In this document: piece after piece, positions 10,172 to 22,034 of the stretch
How positions within the stretch are numbered: position 1 is the stretch's first letter
Layout of the letters: each line of letters begins with the position of its first letter
From: Octopus sinensis
Taxonomy: Eukaryota
Direction: 5' to 3'
Assembly (NCBI RefSeq): GCF_006345805.1
Contig: NW_021836979.1
Span: 1 to 27,737, forward strand
DNA: 27,737 bases
Program-made: the position numbers and the translations under genes
The notes under the pieces: generated by a model
What the model saw: the letters and a program-made list of their open reading frames with translations, nothing else
The model's database searches: none
What the model was told of the DNA's origin: nothing

Positions 10172-10205
10172 AGTCTCTGACGAAGAACAACTATCCGAAA
10201 CGTTA
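10172..10205 (+). ncRNA. Degenerate minimal (Penelope-type) hammerhead ribozyme core
   Basis: CTGACGA (10177-10183), 13 nt, then GAAAC-GTT (10197-10204). This is the CUGANGA...GAAAC-GUH order with the loop-less ACGU stem III of minimal PLE hammerheads, and it follows a CT-rich tract. Stems I and II do not pair well, so it is probably inactive. Confidence 0.4.
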
Positions 10206-10914
10206 TTTTATTCCCACTTCACTGCAACCGAACTTGTAGAATTTCCCATGAACTAATTGCTTTCTATTATAGACCATTACCAGTTTCCGCCGATTCTGGC
10301 TATTGCCTAAAGCAGTATTTCCGAATGGTTTTGACTCTATGCTGCACAGGAGATCACATACAAAAACCCTTTGTTTTGAAGTTAAACATTTAGAAAATAT
10401 ATAAAAGAACTATTACTTTATTGTATTAATCATATTTGTGTTTAACATAGTTTAATATTTTAAAGAAGGTTAAGTATCAGTAAAGGTTTGCTAACACCAT
10501 ATATTCTTAAATGTTCGCAGCCCATTTTGATAAAACCAGCTGGACACTATTGCTCTTCGCAGTAGCATAGCTAGGTGTTGCAGCCCGCTCCGGGGGATGC
10601 TTTCATATGGAGAGTACTTTTTGCCTGCTATATAAGCCTCTATAAGCTTTAAGGCCGAGGGAGGAGATACTGCAATATCAAGGGCAATCCCAGGCGGCAC
10701 ATACTCAGGATATGCCACTAACTCGACAGTCAGTTTCTTAGAGAACAACTACTCTATATATATGAGAGCGGTGGTTGCTTAAATATGGGTCATCCTGATA
10801 AAGGAAACCTATGAGCTGCGTTTTATATTCCTCACCTCTCCGTCTTGTGTGTTTCTATGAATCTATATTTAATATTTTAGGGTCTGATATTTTTGGGTCT
10901 TGGCAGCTGTTTCT

Positions 10915-11333
10915 TATTTCTTTATTGCTCACAAGGGGCTAAACATAGAGGGGACAAACAAGAACAGACAAACGGATTAAGTCGATTATATCGACCCCAG
11001 TGCGTAACTGATACTTATTTAATCGACCCCGAAAAGATGAAAGGCAAAGTCGACCTCGGCGGAATTTGAACTCAGAACGTAAAGACAGACGAAATACCTA
11101 TTTCTATTTCTTTACTACCCACAAGGGGCTAAACACAGAGGGGACAAACAAGAACAGACAAACGGATTAAGTCGATTATATCGACCCCAGTGCGTAACTG
11201 GTACTTATTTAATCGACCCCGAAAAGATGAAGGGCAAAGTCGACCCCGGCGGAATTTGAACTCAGAACGTAAAGACAGACGAAATACCGCTAAGCATTTC
11301 GCCCGGTGTGCCAACATTTCTGCCAGCTCACCG
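10915..11333 (-). mobile_element. SINE family B copy B4 (head plus two body units)
   Basis: Reverse complement of the B3 architecture. Diverged 18-bp TSD GTCTTGGCAGCTGTTTCT (10897-10914) / GTCTTGGCTGCTATTTCT (11342-11359), 16/18 identical. Confidence 0.9.
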
Positions 11334-11923
11334 TAGAAATAGTCTTGGCTGCTATTTCTAGCAAATCGAACAACCATGTAGTCGTTCTTTCATTGCCTAT
11401 TGGTGGAAAATGAGAACGCGAGTAGACAGGGAAGTAGGTTGATAGGTAAATAGGTAAGTAGGTAAATACTGTGTGTACTACGCACGTACGTATGTATATA
11501 AGTGTGTATATGTATGAATTTGTGTGTGTGTGTGTGTGTAGGTAATTTGGTAGGTAGGTAGGAATGTAGGTAGGTAGGTTGATAGCTAAGTGGATAGATA
11601 GGAGAAATTTAGTTAGGTTAATTGATAGTGTACATCAAAATAATTTCATAAGATGGTAGTCTGAAAAATTGATAAGCTGAACGATTAGATAATTTGGTTG
11701 TTGAAAGATAATTATTCTGAAGTAGATTGTTGTTTTTGTTGTTTAATGATCATTGTTAGTTTTGTTGTTATTATTTGTCCCATGTGAGCTCTGATCAAGC
11801 GAATCCTTGATCAAAAATATTCTATTCGTAACTATTTGGTCATTTTAGGACACGTAGAAGTACATTAGCTAATGTACTTCTTTCCCTTACTCAAGACGAT
11901 TGACAGTGTTCCAATTTCTATGC

Positions 11924-12019
11924 ATCTTTATTTAATATTTTAGGGTCTGATATGTTGTAATTTTGGCTGCTATTTCTTATTTCTTTATTGCCCACAAGGG
12001 GATAAACAAGGACAGACAA
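11924..12019. repeat. Local duplicate of 10861-10970 (unique flank plus 3' end of SINE B)
   Basis: TTTAATATTTTAGGGTCTGATAT...TTGGC.GCT.TTTCT|TATTTCTTTATTG occurs at both places with the same SINE junction. Confidence 0.7.
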
Positions 12020-12112
12020 TTTCTTTCACGTGGAGTTGTCCCACCTAAGTTCTCTTGCTGGTTTGTGTCAAGTTTTATATTGGAAGGATTCTGTGCTGTT
12101 AAGTGATACATT

Positions 12113-12424
12113 TATTTATTTATGCGCCCTTTTCAGGCTTAACCAGGCTCATGGGCCCGGTTTCCCGGTTTCTGTGGCGTATGTGTCCCCGCGCAGTTGG
12201 GACGCCAGTCCATCGTAGTGTTACTCAAGAAACAGGAAGAGAGAGTGAGAGAAAGTTGGGGCGAAAGAGTACAACAGGGGTCGCCACCAAACCCTGCCGG
12301 AGCATCGTGGAGCTTTTGGTGTTTTCGTTCAATAAACACACACAACGCCCGGTCTGGGAATCGAAACCGCGATCCTCCGACAGCGAGTCCGCTGCCCTAA
12401 TCACTGGGCCATTGCGCCCCCACG
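12113..12424 (-). mobile_element. tRNA-derived SINE family D copy D2
   Basis: Reverse complement has A box TGGCCCAGTGATTAG, B box GTTTCGATTCCC and a (TAAA)n tail. Perfect 11-bp TSD AGTGATACATT (12102-12112 and 12425-12435). Confidence 0.9.
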
Positions 12425-12481
12425 AGTGATACATTAGTTTGGAAAAATTCTAAGTAGTACATTAGTTCATAGATGAGTTAA

Positions 12482-12900
12482 TAAGTAGGTAGGGAGGTAG
12501 GGAGGTAGGGAAAGAGGGAGGGAGGGAGGGAGGAAGGTATGTAGGTAGCTAGGTAGCTAGGTAGGTAGGTAAGTAGGTAGGTATGTAGGTAGGTAGGTAT
12601 GTAGGTAGGTAGGTAGGTAAGTTGGGCGGGCAGGCAGGCAGGCGAGCAGAAAGGCTGTAGGTAAAAGCAGATAGCTCTGTAGGTAGGTAGGTAGGTAGGT
12701 AGGGGGGTAGGTAGGTAGGTAGGTAGGTAGGTAGGTAAGTTGGGCGGGCAGGCAGGCAGGCGAGCAGAAAGGCCAGCGGGCAAGTAGGTGGGCAGGCGGG
12801 CCGAATACGCTGCAAGATAAGCAGGTAAATTAGAAAGTAGGCAAGCAGGTAGGAAGGTATTTATATAGGTAAGCAGGTAAAATAGGTGTTTAGTTAGGTA
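12482..12900. repeat. Degenerate (AGGT)n/(AGGC)n/(AGGG)n tract with an internal duplicated block of about 120 bp
   Basis: AGGT repeats; the block AAGTTGGGCGGGCAGGCAGGCAGGCGAGCAGAAAGGC occurs at about 12620 and about 12737. Similar degenerate AGGT tracts lie at about 11430-11600 and 14380-14560. Confidence 0.9.
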
Positions 12901-13281
12901 TTTAGGAATGAATGTAGTTTTAACTGTAGGTAAAGTCCTTCTTCATTCGCTGTTTATTGAACAGGACTTGAAAGATCTGGAATTTGGTTTGCTGATATAA
13001 TGAGTAATCAGCTAATGTACTTGGATGCTTGATTAAAGACTCACCAAGATTATAAACGTATATTTTTTGAGTTGGAACGGAGCGGCATTTGAACTTAGAT
13101 GGCACTAAGCGAACAAGGATGCCATGAGACATCTGGTCCAACAAACTAACAATCTAAAAATCCACCTGCCTGAACTGGTATTCTGTTGATTGGCCCAGAA
13201 AAAACAAAAGGCAAAGTTGACCTCGGCGGGATTTGAACTCAGGCGGCAGGCGGACATAATAACTGCCCCAAAGCATTTTAC

Positions 13282-13468
13282 TCTATATATATTTCTTTAT
13301 TGCCCACAAAGGGCTAAACATAGACGGGACAAGCAAGGACAGACAAACGGATTAATTCGATTACATCGTCCCCAGTGCGTAACTGGTACTATATTTATCG
13401 ACTCCGAAAGGATGAAAGGCAAAGTCGACCTCGGCGGAATTTGAACTCAGAACGTAATGGCAGACGAA
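13282..13468 (-). mobile_element. SINE family B copy B5 (5'-truncated, body unit only)
   Basis: Reverse complement of a B body unit, flanked by ATTTTAC at 13275-13281 and 13469-13475. Confidence 0.85.
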
Positions 13469-13824
13469 ATTTTACCCGATATAGTTAGGTAATATGACAA
13501 GGAAACTCATAGATAGTTATGTTGGGAAATAGGCCTATAGGTGGACTGCCTGAAATGGCAGCTCCATAAGCAGGCAGATATGTAGGTGTCACTTATAAAG
13601 AACGAAGAATAATGTTGACATAAGCAGAATTTGAATACAGACGGCAAGCGGACATAATAAATACTACAAAGCATTTTACCTGATGTGTGTTGGGTAAAAT
13701 GCTAAGGAAATTCATAGATAGACTATCTATGAATTTGATGCTGACGCTGGTTTGGTTTAGAAGCAGGTAATAAATTCCCTTCAGAATTTTATGACCAGCT
13801 TCTTCTTTTTTTTTTATTTTTGTC

Positions 13825-14222
13825 CTTTACTCTCTTACTCTTTTACTTGTTTAAGTCATTTAACTGCAGCCATGCTGGAGCACCACCTTTAGTCGAGCAA
13901 ATCGACCCCAGGACTTATTTTTGTAAGCCTAGTAATTATTCTATCGGTCTCTTTTGCCGAACCGCTAAGTTACGCGGACGTAAACACACCAGCATCGGTC
14001 AATCGATGAACAAATACAGACACACAAACACAGACACATATATACATATACATATACATATATACGACGGGCTTCTTTCAGTTTCCGTCTACCAAATCCA
14101 CTCACAAGGCTTTGGTCAGCCAGAGGTTATAGTAGAAGACACTTGCCCAAGGTGCCGCGCAGTGGGACTGAACCCGGAACCATTTGATTGGTAAGCAAGC
14201 TACTTACCACACAGCCACTCCT
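13825..14222 (-). mobile_element. SINE family A copy A4
   Basis: Reverse complement of family A from tail to head (ends CACACAGCCACTCCT). Confidence 0.92.
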
Positions 14223-14849
14223 CCACCTATCACCTTTGTTTCTGTTTTGAGAAGAAATCTAACTGCAAGCAACTTTTACAGATTAATTTTTAGACGCTTT
14301 TTTCTGAACCTGGCAAAAGTATGTAGGAGATGCAAAATCAAAATTTGCACCCTCTGTTCTCGGGCCTTTGTAGATAGTTAGGTTGGGAGATAGGTGGATA
14401 GGTAGATAGATTGAACAGGTGGCCAGGTAAGCAAGCAGATATGTCAGTAGGCAAACAGGTAGGTAAATAGCTAAGAAGGACGGTCTACAGTTAGGTACTT
14501 AGTTATAGACGTTGATAGGTTACTAGATAGGTAACTAGGTAGGTAAATAGATGAATTGTTATACGTTTAGGTACTGAGCCGGTTATAGAGCAATTTGTAA
14601 ACTTTGTGTAAAACAAACTTAACAATTACAAAGAAAGGTAGAGAACTGCCAGGAACCAAGAATATGTACTTCTTTCTCACCATATTACGGAATGTTCGTT
14701 TGTAAACAAACCGCAACCCTGTAATGGAATCAAATTTTTTTTTGCAGAACAAACGTGTGTAATATGTTATATAAGCTGCTGTCTCACTGATTTCTCGAAA
14801 ATTTGTATTCTTGAATGTGTCTGTGTAAGTTGCGCTTAAGACTATCATG

Positions 14850-14866
14850 ATATCTATCTATCTATC

Positions 14867-14926
<60 letters not shown>

Positions 14927-14941
14927 AATGTATCTCTCCCA

Positions 14942-14980
<39 letters not shown>

Positions 14981-15020
14981 ATATATATATATATATTTAT
15001 ATATATATATATATATATAA
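14850..15020. repeat. Compound (TCTA)n-(TC)n-(TA)n microsatellite
   Basis: Seen directly in the sequence. Confidence 0.95.
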
Positions 15021-15922
15021 TAGTAGGAAATATAATTCCAAACTTACAGGGAAAAATTCAATTTAGCAATTCTAAATCAAATTTCACAATATATAACATA
15101 TCTATATAATTAAGAGAAATAGCCTCTACTAAATAATTCAGTGTGAAAGATATTATCCATACAATATAGAAAAAAATTAAATATACCATAATAAATATTT
15201 AAAAATCACTAAATTAAATAAATTTATAATTCTTTTCCTCTTTCATGAGAGATTTTAATCAGATCACAAAATTGTATTTTACATTTTCAGCAGTGATGGT
15301 ATTGATAGTATTTAAACAGAAAGCGCAGAAAACAGGAAGGATCACCATAATATTTTTCCTTACTGTTTATCAGCATTAAAGGGCTCGCTGGATAATGTAG
15401 TTCTGGATTGCTCTAAAAAAGTGGAGCGTCACATTGGAGCAACTTTAATCAAATTGTTACTTAGGCAGGGTTGGTCTGAGATTAAGTAAGAAAACAAAAG
15501 GCGTTTGTTAAAAATATGATCGAAACTTCCCACATTATGCCAACTTAAAAAGAGTAATACATATTGGATAGCGCAGCACTGGAAAGGCGATATCTATAAA
15601 GAAAAAAAAAAGTGGGGTGAGATGGCTACAAATGGAAAACCTGTTGTTTGCCTACAAGCCAAGTCTCGATTTGTTAGAAATATCAAGCAACAGTATCACC
15701 CTCAAATGTAACCCTGTTTTTCAAAACAAAACAAAAAGAGGAAGGAACTGTAAGAAAATGTAGTCCTAGATGTGCTCTACCTCTATTTTAGATGAAATTG
15801 CAACGCAGCTAAGAGTAAAATGGCTCGAACGGATATGCGATGTTTTACGTGCGCCTGTTTGACGTCGATGATTCAACGTTGACTTATTTGATATCAGACG
15901 TTTCAACGTTACCGAAGCCCTT

Positions 15923-15924
<2 letters not shown>

Positions 15925-15961
<37 letters not shown>

Positions 15962-16099
15962 TCTCTCTCGCTCGCTCTGTTTATGTGTGTGAACATATTT
16001 CTCTATTTGTGTATTAGAAGAGGTAATCTCTCTCATTCTCACTCTTTCTATATATATGTGTATATTTCTGTGCATGCATGTGTATCTGAGTGTGTGTGA

Positions 16100-16159
<60 letters not shown>

Positions 16160-16174
16160 CCGTGTGAGTGAGTT

Positions 16175-16234
<60 letters not shown>

Positions 16235-16255
16235 TGTCTGTCTGTCTGTCTGTGT
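15925..16255. repeat. (TC)n, long (TG)n and (TGTC)n microsatellites
   Basis: Seen directly in the sequence. Confidence 0.93.
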
Positions 16256-16700
16256 GTCGCTCCCTTCGTAAAGTGTGCTGTCGCCCAAACAAACCAGATA
16301 TCAAGATAACCACGCTGAATCCTCAGTGTCCAATCTTCTTATTCCGGGACCGACTTGGAGCTAAAAAAAAAAAAGGGCAAAGAACGAAAGACAGATTAGA
16401 TAACAGGTTATACCATTAAAAATACTGGTTGGTCATGGGTAGAATATTTTGATCATAGGTCTTACACAGCAACAGCTACCATAATCACTGCTGCTACTAT
16501 TACAAATTTACTAACGTTCAACATCCGCACAAACACAGCCACCAGCACCAACACCGCCTCTTGTTGTATAAACAACGAGGAAAGTCTCTACGTGGACAAG
16601 CAACTTGCTAGAAATAGGAGTTGAGTGTTTGAAAAATCCTCACTCCACCGAAAGATTCAAGAATAGAATCACATGAAATATAAATTAAACGGGTGATATA

Positions 16701-17337
16701 TATTTCTTTCTTTATTGCCCACAAGCAGTGGGGTGTGTACTAAACACAGAGGGGACAAACAAGGACAGACGAAGGGATTAAGTCGATTACATGGGCCCTA
16801 GTACGTAACTGGTACTTATTTAATCGACCCCGAAATGATGAAAGGCATTAGCTGGTCTAGGGCTATAGTAAAAGGTACTTGTCCAAGGTCAGTACCGTGG
16901 GAACAAAGCTTGATCCTCGTGGTTGCCAACCTATTCGCTTACCCGCCCAACCATACTTTCGATTATATGTATCAAATGTATCAAATGTCGAGATGTTCAT
17001 GGTCGGAACGTCTTTGTTTATCAGTGCATGTCAGTAGCTAAACATAGAGGGAGACAAACAAGGACAGACGAAGGGATTAAGTCGATTACATGGACCCCAG
17101 TACGTAACTGGTACTTATTTAATCGACCCCGAAATGATGAAAGGCATTGGCTGACCCAGGGCTTATAGTAAAAGGTACTTCTCCAAGGTCAGCACCGTGG
17201 GAACAAACCATAATCCTCGTGGTTGCCAACCTATTCGCTTACCCGCCCAACCATACTTTCGATTATATGTACCAAATGTATCAAGTGTCGAGATGTTCAT
17301 GGTCGGAACGTCTTTGTTTATCAGTGCATGTCAGTAG
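16701..17337 (-). mobile_element. Tandem duplication (units 16740-17037 and 17038-17337) of a chimeric SINE (A-like head fused to B-type 3' half) plus about 90 bp of flank
   Basis: Two units of about 299 bp. On the minus strand each reads GGTAAGCGAATAGGTTGGCAACCACG...CTTGGA.AAGTACCTTTTACTATA (A-like head) joined to TGCCTTTCATCATTTCGGGGTCGATTAAATAAGTACC (B body). Confidence 0.75.
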
Positions 17338-17364
17338 CGCTGACTGTGGGCTAAACGAAGTCGA

Positions 17365-17935
17365 CGACAACAGCAACAACAACTACAACAACAACAACAG
17401 CAACAACGACTATTATTAATACTACTACAGTACTGTATTTTAATGTTAATTCTTGAATCTAGAAAAAAAGAGAGAGAAAATGAGAAGGAAGTGGTAGGGA
17501 GAGCGGAGGGTGTCGGTTAGGAAAAAGAAGGGAAATAATCAAGATTAGTGAGCAGTGGGACGAGGAGGTGGAAGTGGAGGAAGAAGGGGTGGGAGAGGGA
17601 CGGCAGGAGGAAAACAAAAAGAAATTGATGATGATGATGATGATGATGACGAGGAGGAGAAGGATGAGGGGATGGTGGTGGTGGTGGGGGAGCGCCGGCG
17701 GAGGCGGCAAGGGAGGAGGAGGAGGAGGAGGAAGAAGAAGAGGTGGAAGAAGAGGAGGAGGAAGAAGAGGGGGATGAAGTGGAGGAAGAGGAGGGGAAGA
17801 CGGGGAGGAGGAAGAAGAGGGGAAGAAGAGGAGGTAGAAGGGAAGGAGGAAAAGAACGGGTTACCGACGGAGGAGCTTGAAGACGAGATATTGAAAACGA
17901 GGAAGAGAAGAAAAGGGGGAAGAGAAGAGAGTATG
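17365..17935. repeat. (CAA)n, (GAT)n, (GGA)n and purine-rich low-complexity tract
   Basis: Trinucleotide repeats and GA-rich degenerate sequence; the source of several spurious ORFs. Confidence 0.9.
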
Positions 17936-17989
17936 TGAGACAGGGAAATAGCCTACATGTAGATTAAACACTCACGCTCACGCATATAT

Positions 17990-18016
17990 CTCACAGACAG
18001 ACAGACAGACAGACAA

Positions 18017-18081
<65 letters not shown>

Positions 18082-18300
18082 GGGTGGGTGAGTGGATTGT
18101 TAGGTAGGTAGGTAGGTGAACAGAGAATTAGACAAAGAATAAGATAGACAGACTGATAGATAGACAGAAAGCAGAGTTTTCCCTACATACATACATATAT
18201 GCACACATACATACATACATACATACATACATACATACATACATACATACATACATACATACATACATACATCCGTACATACATACATACATACATTCAC
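17990..18300. repeat. (GACA)n-(GATA)n and (TACA)n tetranucleotide microsatellites
   Basis: Seen directly in the sequence. Confidence 0.95.
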
Positions 18301-18399
18301 AGACAGAACGGTGCAGATAAAGCGATGTCGCTTCGAAAACTTCCCACAATAAAAGGACAGGTGAAATATTCAAGTGTGTGTGACTTAAAATGTTTCTGT

Positions 18400-19600
<1,201 letters not shown>

Positions 19601-20046
19601 TATATTCTACACCGTAGGCAATATTGAGTGTATACTAACTATATCAAAGCTACCTGATACGCGCTGCGTGTGCACAAGTTATTTATTAATGTATCATATC
19701 CAAATTAATCTATTTCTGTTACTTCCCAGCTTTAGTTTGATTTAAATAGCGATTGCTATTCTTTTATTTTTGTAGACAAGGAAATAAAGTGTATGCATTG
19801 TCCGAGAAGTAACCAATTAACCATGAAACATGTAAACTTAATTTTTACGTTTGTGTGTGCGGAGAGACGAAGATGTGATTATAATTGGTTACTTTCTAAG
19901 AAATAGATAAATTAAAATGTAATGAAATAAATCTATGTGTATTTACTTAAGAATATGTATGAGTGTTTGTATGTGTATGCATGTGTGTACATATGTATAT
20001 ATGTATGTATATATATGTATACATATATACGTATATATATATATTC

Positions 20047-20300
20047 ATTTATTCTTTTTTTTGTGTCAGTTATTTGACTACGACTATGGCGGAGCACCAT
20101 CTTTATTCGAGCAAATCGACCCCAGGACTTATTCTTTGTAAGCCTAGAACTTATTCTATCGGAGTCTTCTGCCGAACCACTAAGATACGGAGACGCAAAT
20201 ACACCAACATCGATTGTCAAGAGAAGGTGGGGGACAAACACACACACATATATTTACGACGGTCTTCTTTCAGTTTCCGTCTACCAAATCCACCCACAAG
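20047..20300 (-). mobile_element. SINE family A copy A7, 3' part
   Basis: Reverse complement of the A tail and body, ending abruptly at AAATCCACCCACAAG. Confidence 0.85.
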
Positions 20301-20311
20301 TATATATATAT

Positions 20312-20347
<36 letters not shown>

Positions 20348-20587
20348 GTGAGAATTTCCCAAAAAAGACGAAGGCGGTTTTGTAAACAACAATATTCAGA
20401 ATTGTATATCTATATAGATATCAATACAAATAGTCTATAGCAACGACAATATTAATATAGGTATTTGCAGGCCTAAATCAGCGTTATATAGTTATAGAAT
20501 TAAAATTATATTAATCAGAGGACACCTTGAAGTGTCTACCTGCTAGAAATAAGGGTCAAAATCCTTATATATATAAACATATACATA

Positions 20588-20922
20588 AGGCGTTTGGCTC
20601 AATGGTTAGAGCGTCGAGTTTGCGATCATGAGGTTGTGAGCTCGAATCCCGGACCGGGCTGCATGTTGTATTCTTGGGCAAGACACTTTATTTCACGTTG
20701 CTCCAGTTAACTTAGCTGTAGAAATGAGTTGCGACGTCTCAGGTGCCAAGCTGTATCGGCCCCTTTGCCTTTCCCTTGGATGACATCGGTGGTGTGGAGA
20801 GGGGAGGCCGGTATGCATGGGCGACTGCTGGTCTTCCATAAACAACCTTGCCCGGACTTGTGCCTGGGAGGGCAACTTTCTAGGTGCAATCCCATGGTCA
20901 GTCATGATCGAAGGGGGTTTCA
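20588..20922 (+). mobile_element. tRNA-derived SINE family C with a CORE/Meta-like central domain
   Basis: A box TGGCTCAATGGTTAG and B box GAGCTCGAATCCC, followed by TTCTTGGGCAAGACACTTTATTTCACGTTGCTCCAGTTAACTTAGCTGTAGAAATGAGT. This resembles the CORE/Meta SINE central domains as I recall them. Confidence 0.8.
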
Positions 20923-21271
20923 ATATAGGCATACATATATATATATATAAATATATATATATATACGCATATATATAAGCATATATATTATGATATTACG
21001 TTATATTTGACATTATGAGTGTAAGGGTAGGTTTCTGTGTTATGATAGACATTGACTCCAGCTTTTACTTCGAATTTTTGTTAAAGTTACAAAGGTCGCT
21101 TTGAGTAATACTGTTCTTTGTACACCGTGTAACTTGCAGTTCATTAGCCGATGGTTTCTCATATTTTAAATTGATACAGCTTAATGTAAGTAAGAGTTGA
21201 GTTTATATCATAGAGATGTGGAACAATAATGACAAAGTACACTTACTTATTTTGTGGTTGTCTCTGTTACT

Positions 21272-21655
21272 TATTTCTTTATTGCCCACAAGGTGCTAAA
21301 CATAGAGGGGACAAACAAGGGCAGACAAACGGATTAAGTCGATTACAACGACCCCAGTGCGTAACTGGTACTTATTTAATCGATCCCGAAAGGATGAAAG
21401 GCAAAGTCGACCTCGGCGGAATTTGAACTCACAACGTAGCAGCAGACGAAATACCTATTTCTTTACTTCCCAGAAGGGGCTAAACACAGAGGAGACAAAC
21501 AAGGACAGACAAACGGATTAAGTCGCCCATATCGACTCCAGTGCATAACTGGTACTTATTTAATCGATCCCGAAAGGATGAAAGGCAAAGTCAACCTCGG
21601 CGGAATTTGAACTCAGAACGTAACGGCAGACGAAATACCACTAAGCAGTTCGCCC
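21272..21655 (-). mobile_element. SINE family B copy B6 (two body units, 5'-truncated head)
   Basis: Units 21272-21455 and 21456-21655. Direct repeat TGTCTCTGTTACTTA at 21259-21273 and 21656-21670 (TSD). Confidence 0.92.
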
Positions 21656-21932
21656 TGTCTCTGTTACTTAAAGCTCTATAATTTCTAATTTCTAATTGTT
21701 CATATTTTTGGCAATAGCTCTCATTTAAACTGAGTGTCCATGAGTTACAGAAGAAAGGTTTTGGTGGTTAAGTGGCTACGAATGTATTTATGGTCTTTAT
21801 GTGATAGTTAAATATATATAGCTTAGCATTACAGGAAGAGACAGAAACCGTACTTTGGTATAATCTGTACTACAGTCGTTCAAAATGCGATACAGAAACT
21901 GATCAAAACGTTGGATACTGTATAAAAAAATA

Positions 21933-22030
21933 TACAAACTGGGACAAGAACGTGAAACATTTAGAACACGATACAAAAAACACGGACGGGACATTCGAAG
22001 CCTTCAATCTTCAGTCAAGAACCGGATCAT
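21933..22030 (-). repeat. Interspersed repeat family F copy 1 (class unknown)
   Basis: Its reverse complement aligns by eye with 25958-26060 (GACTGA.GA...GAATG.CCCGTCC...TTTGTATCGT...CGTTCTTGTCCCA.TTTGTA). Confidence 0.6.
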
Positions 22031-22034
22031 TTTC

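Noticed and set aside
10491-10748. 85-aa minus-strand ORF in unique sequence (KLTVELVAYPEYVPPGIALD...)
   Set aside because: It has a TTG start right after a stop, no recognisable domain and no convincing splice pair. A tBLASTn search would be needed to revive it.
17555-17938. Arg/Gly/Glu-rich 127-aa ORF resembling a nucleic-acid-binding or protamine-like protein
   Set aside because: It derives from (GAT)n/(GGA)n and GA-rich simple repeats, with no splice or domain evidence.
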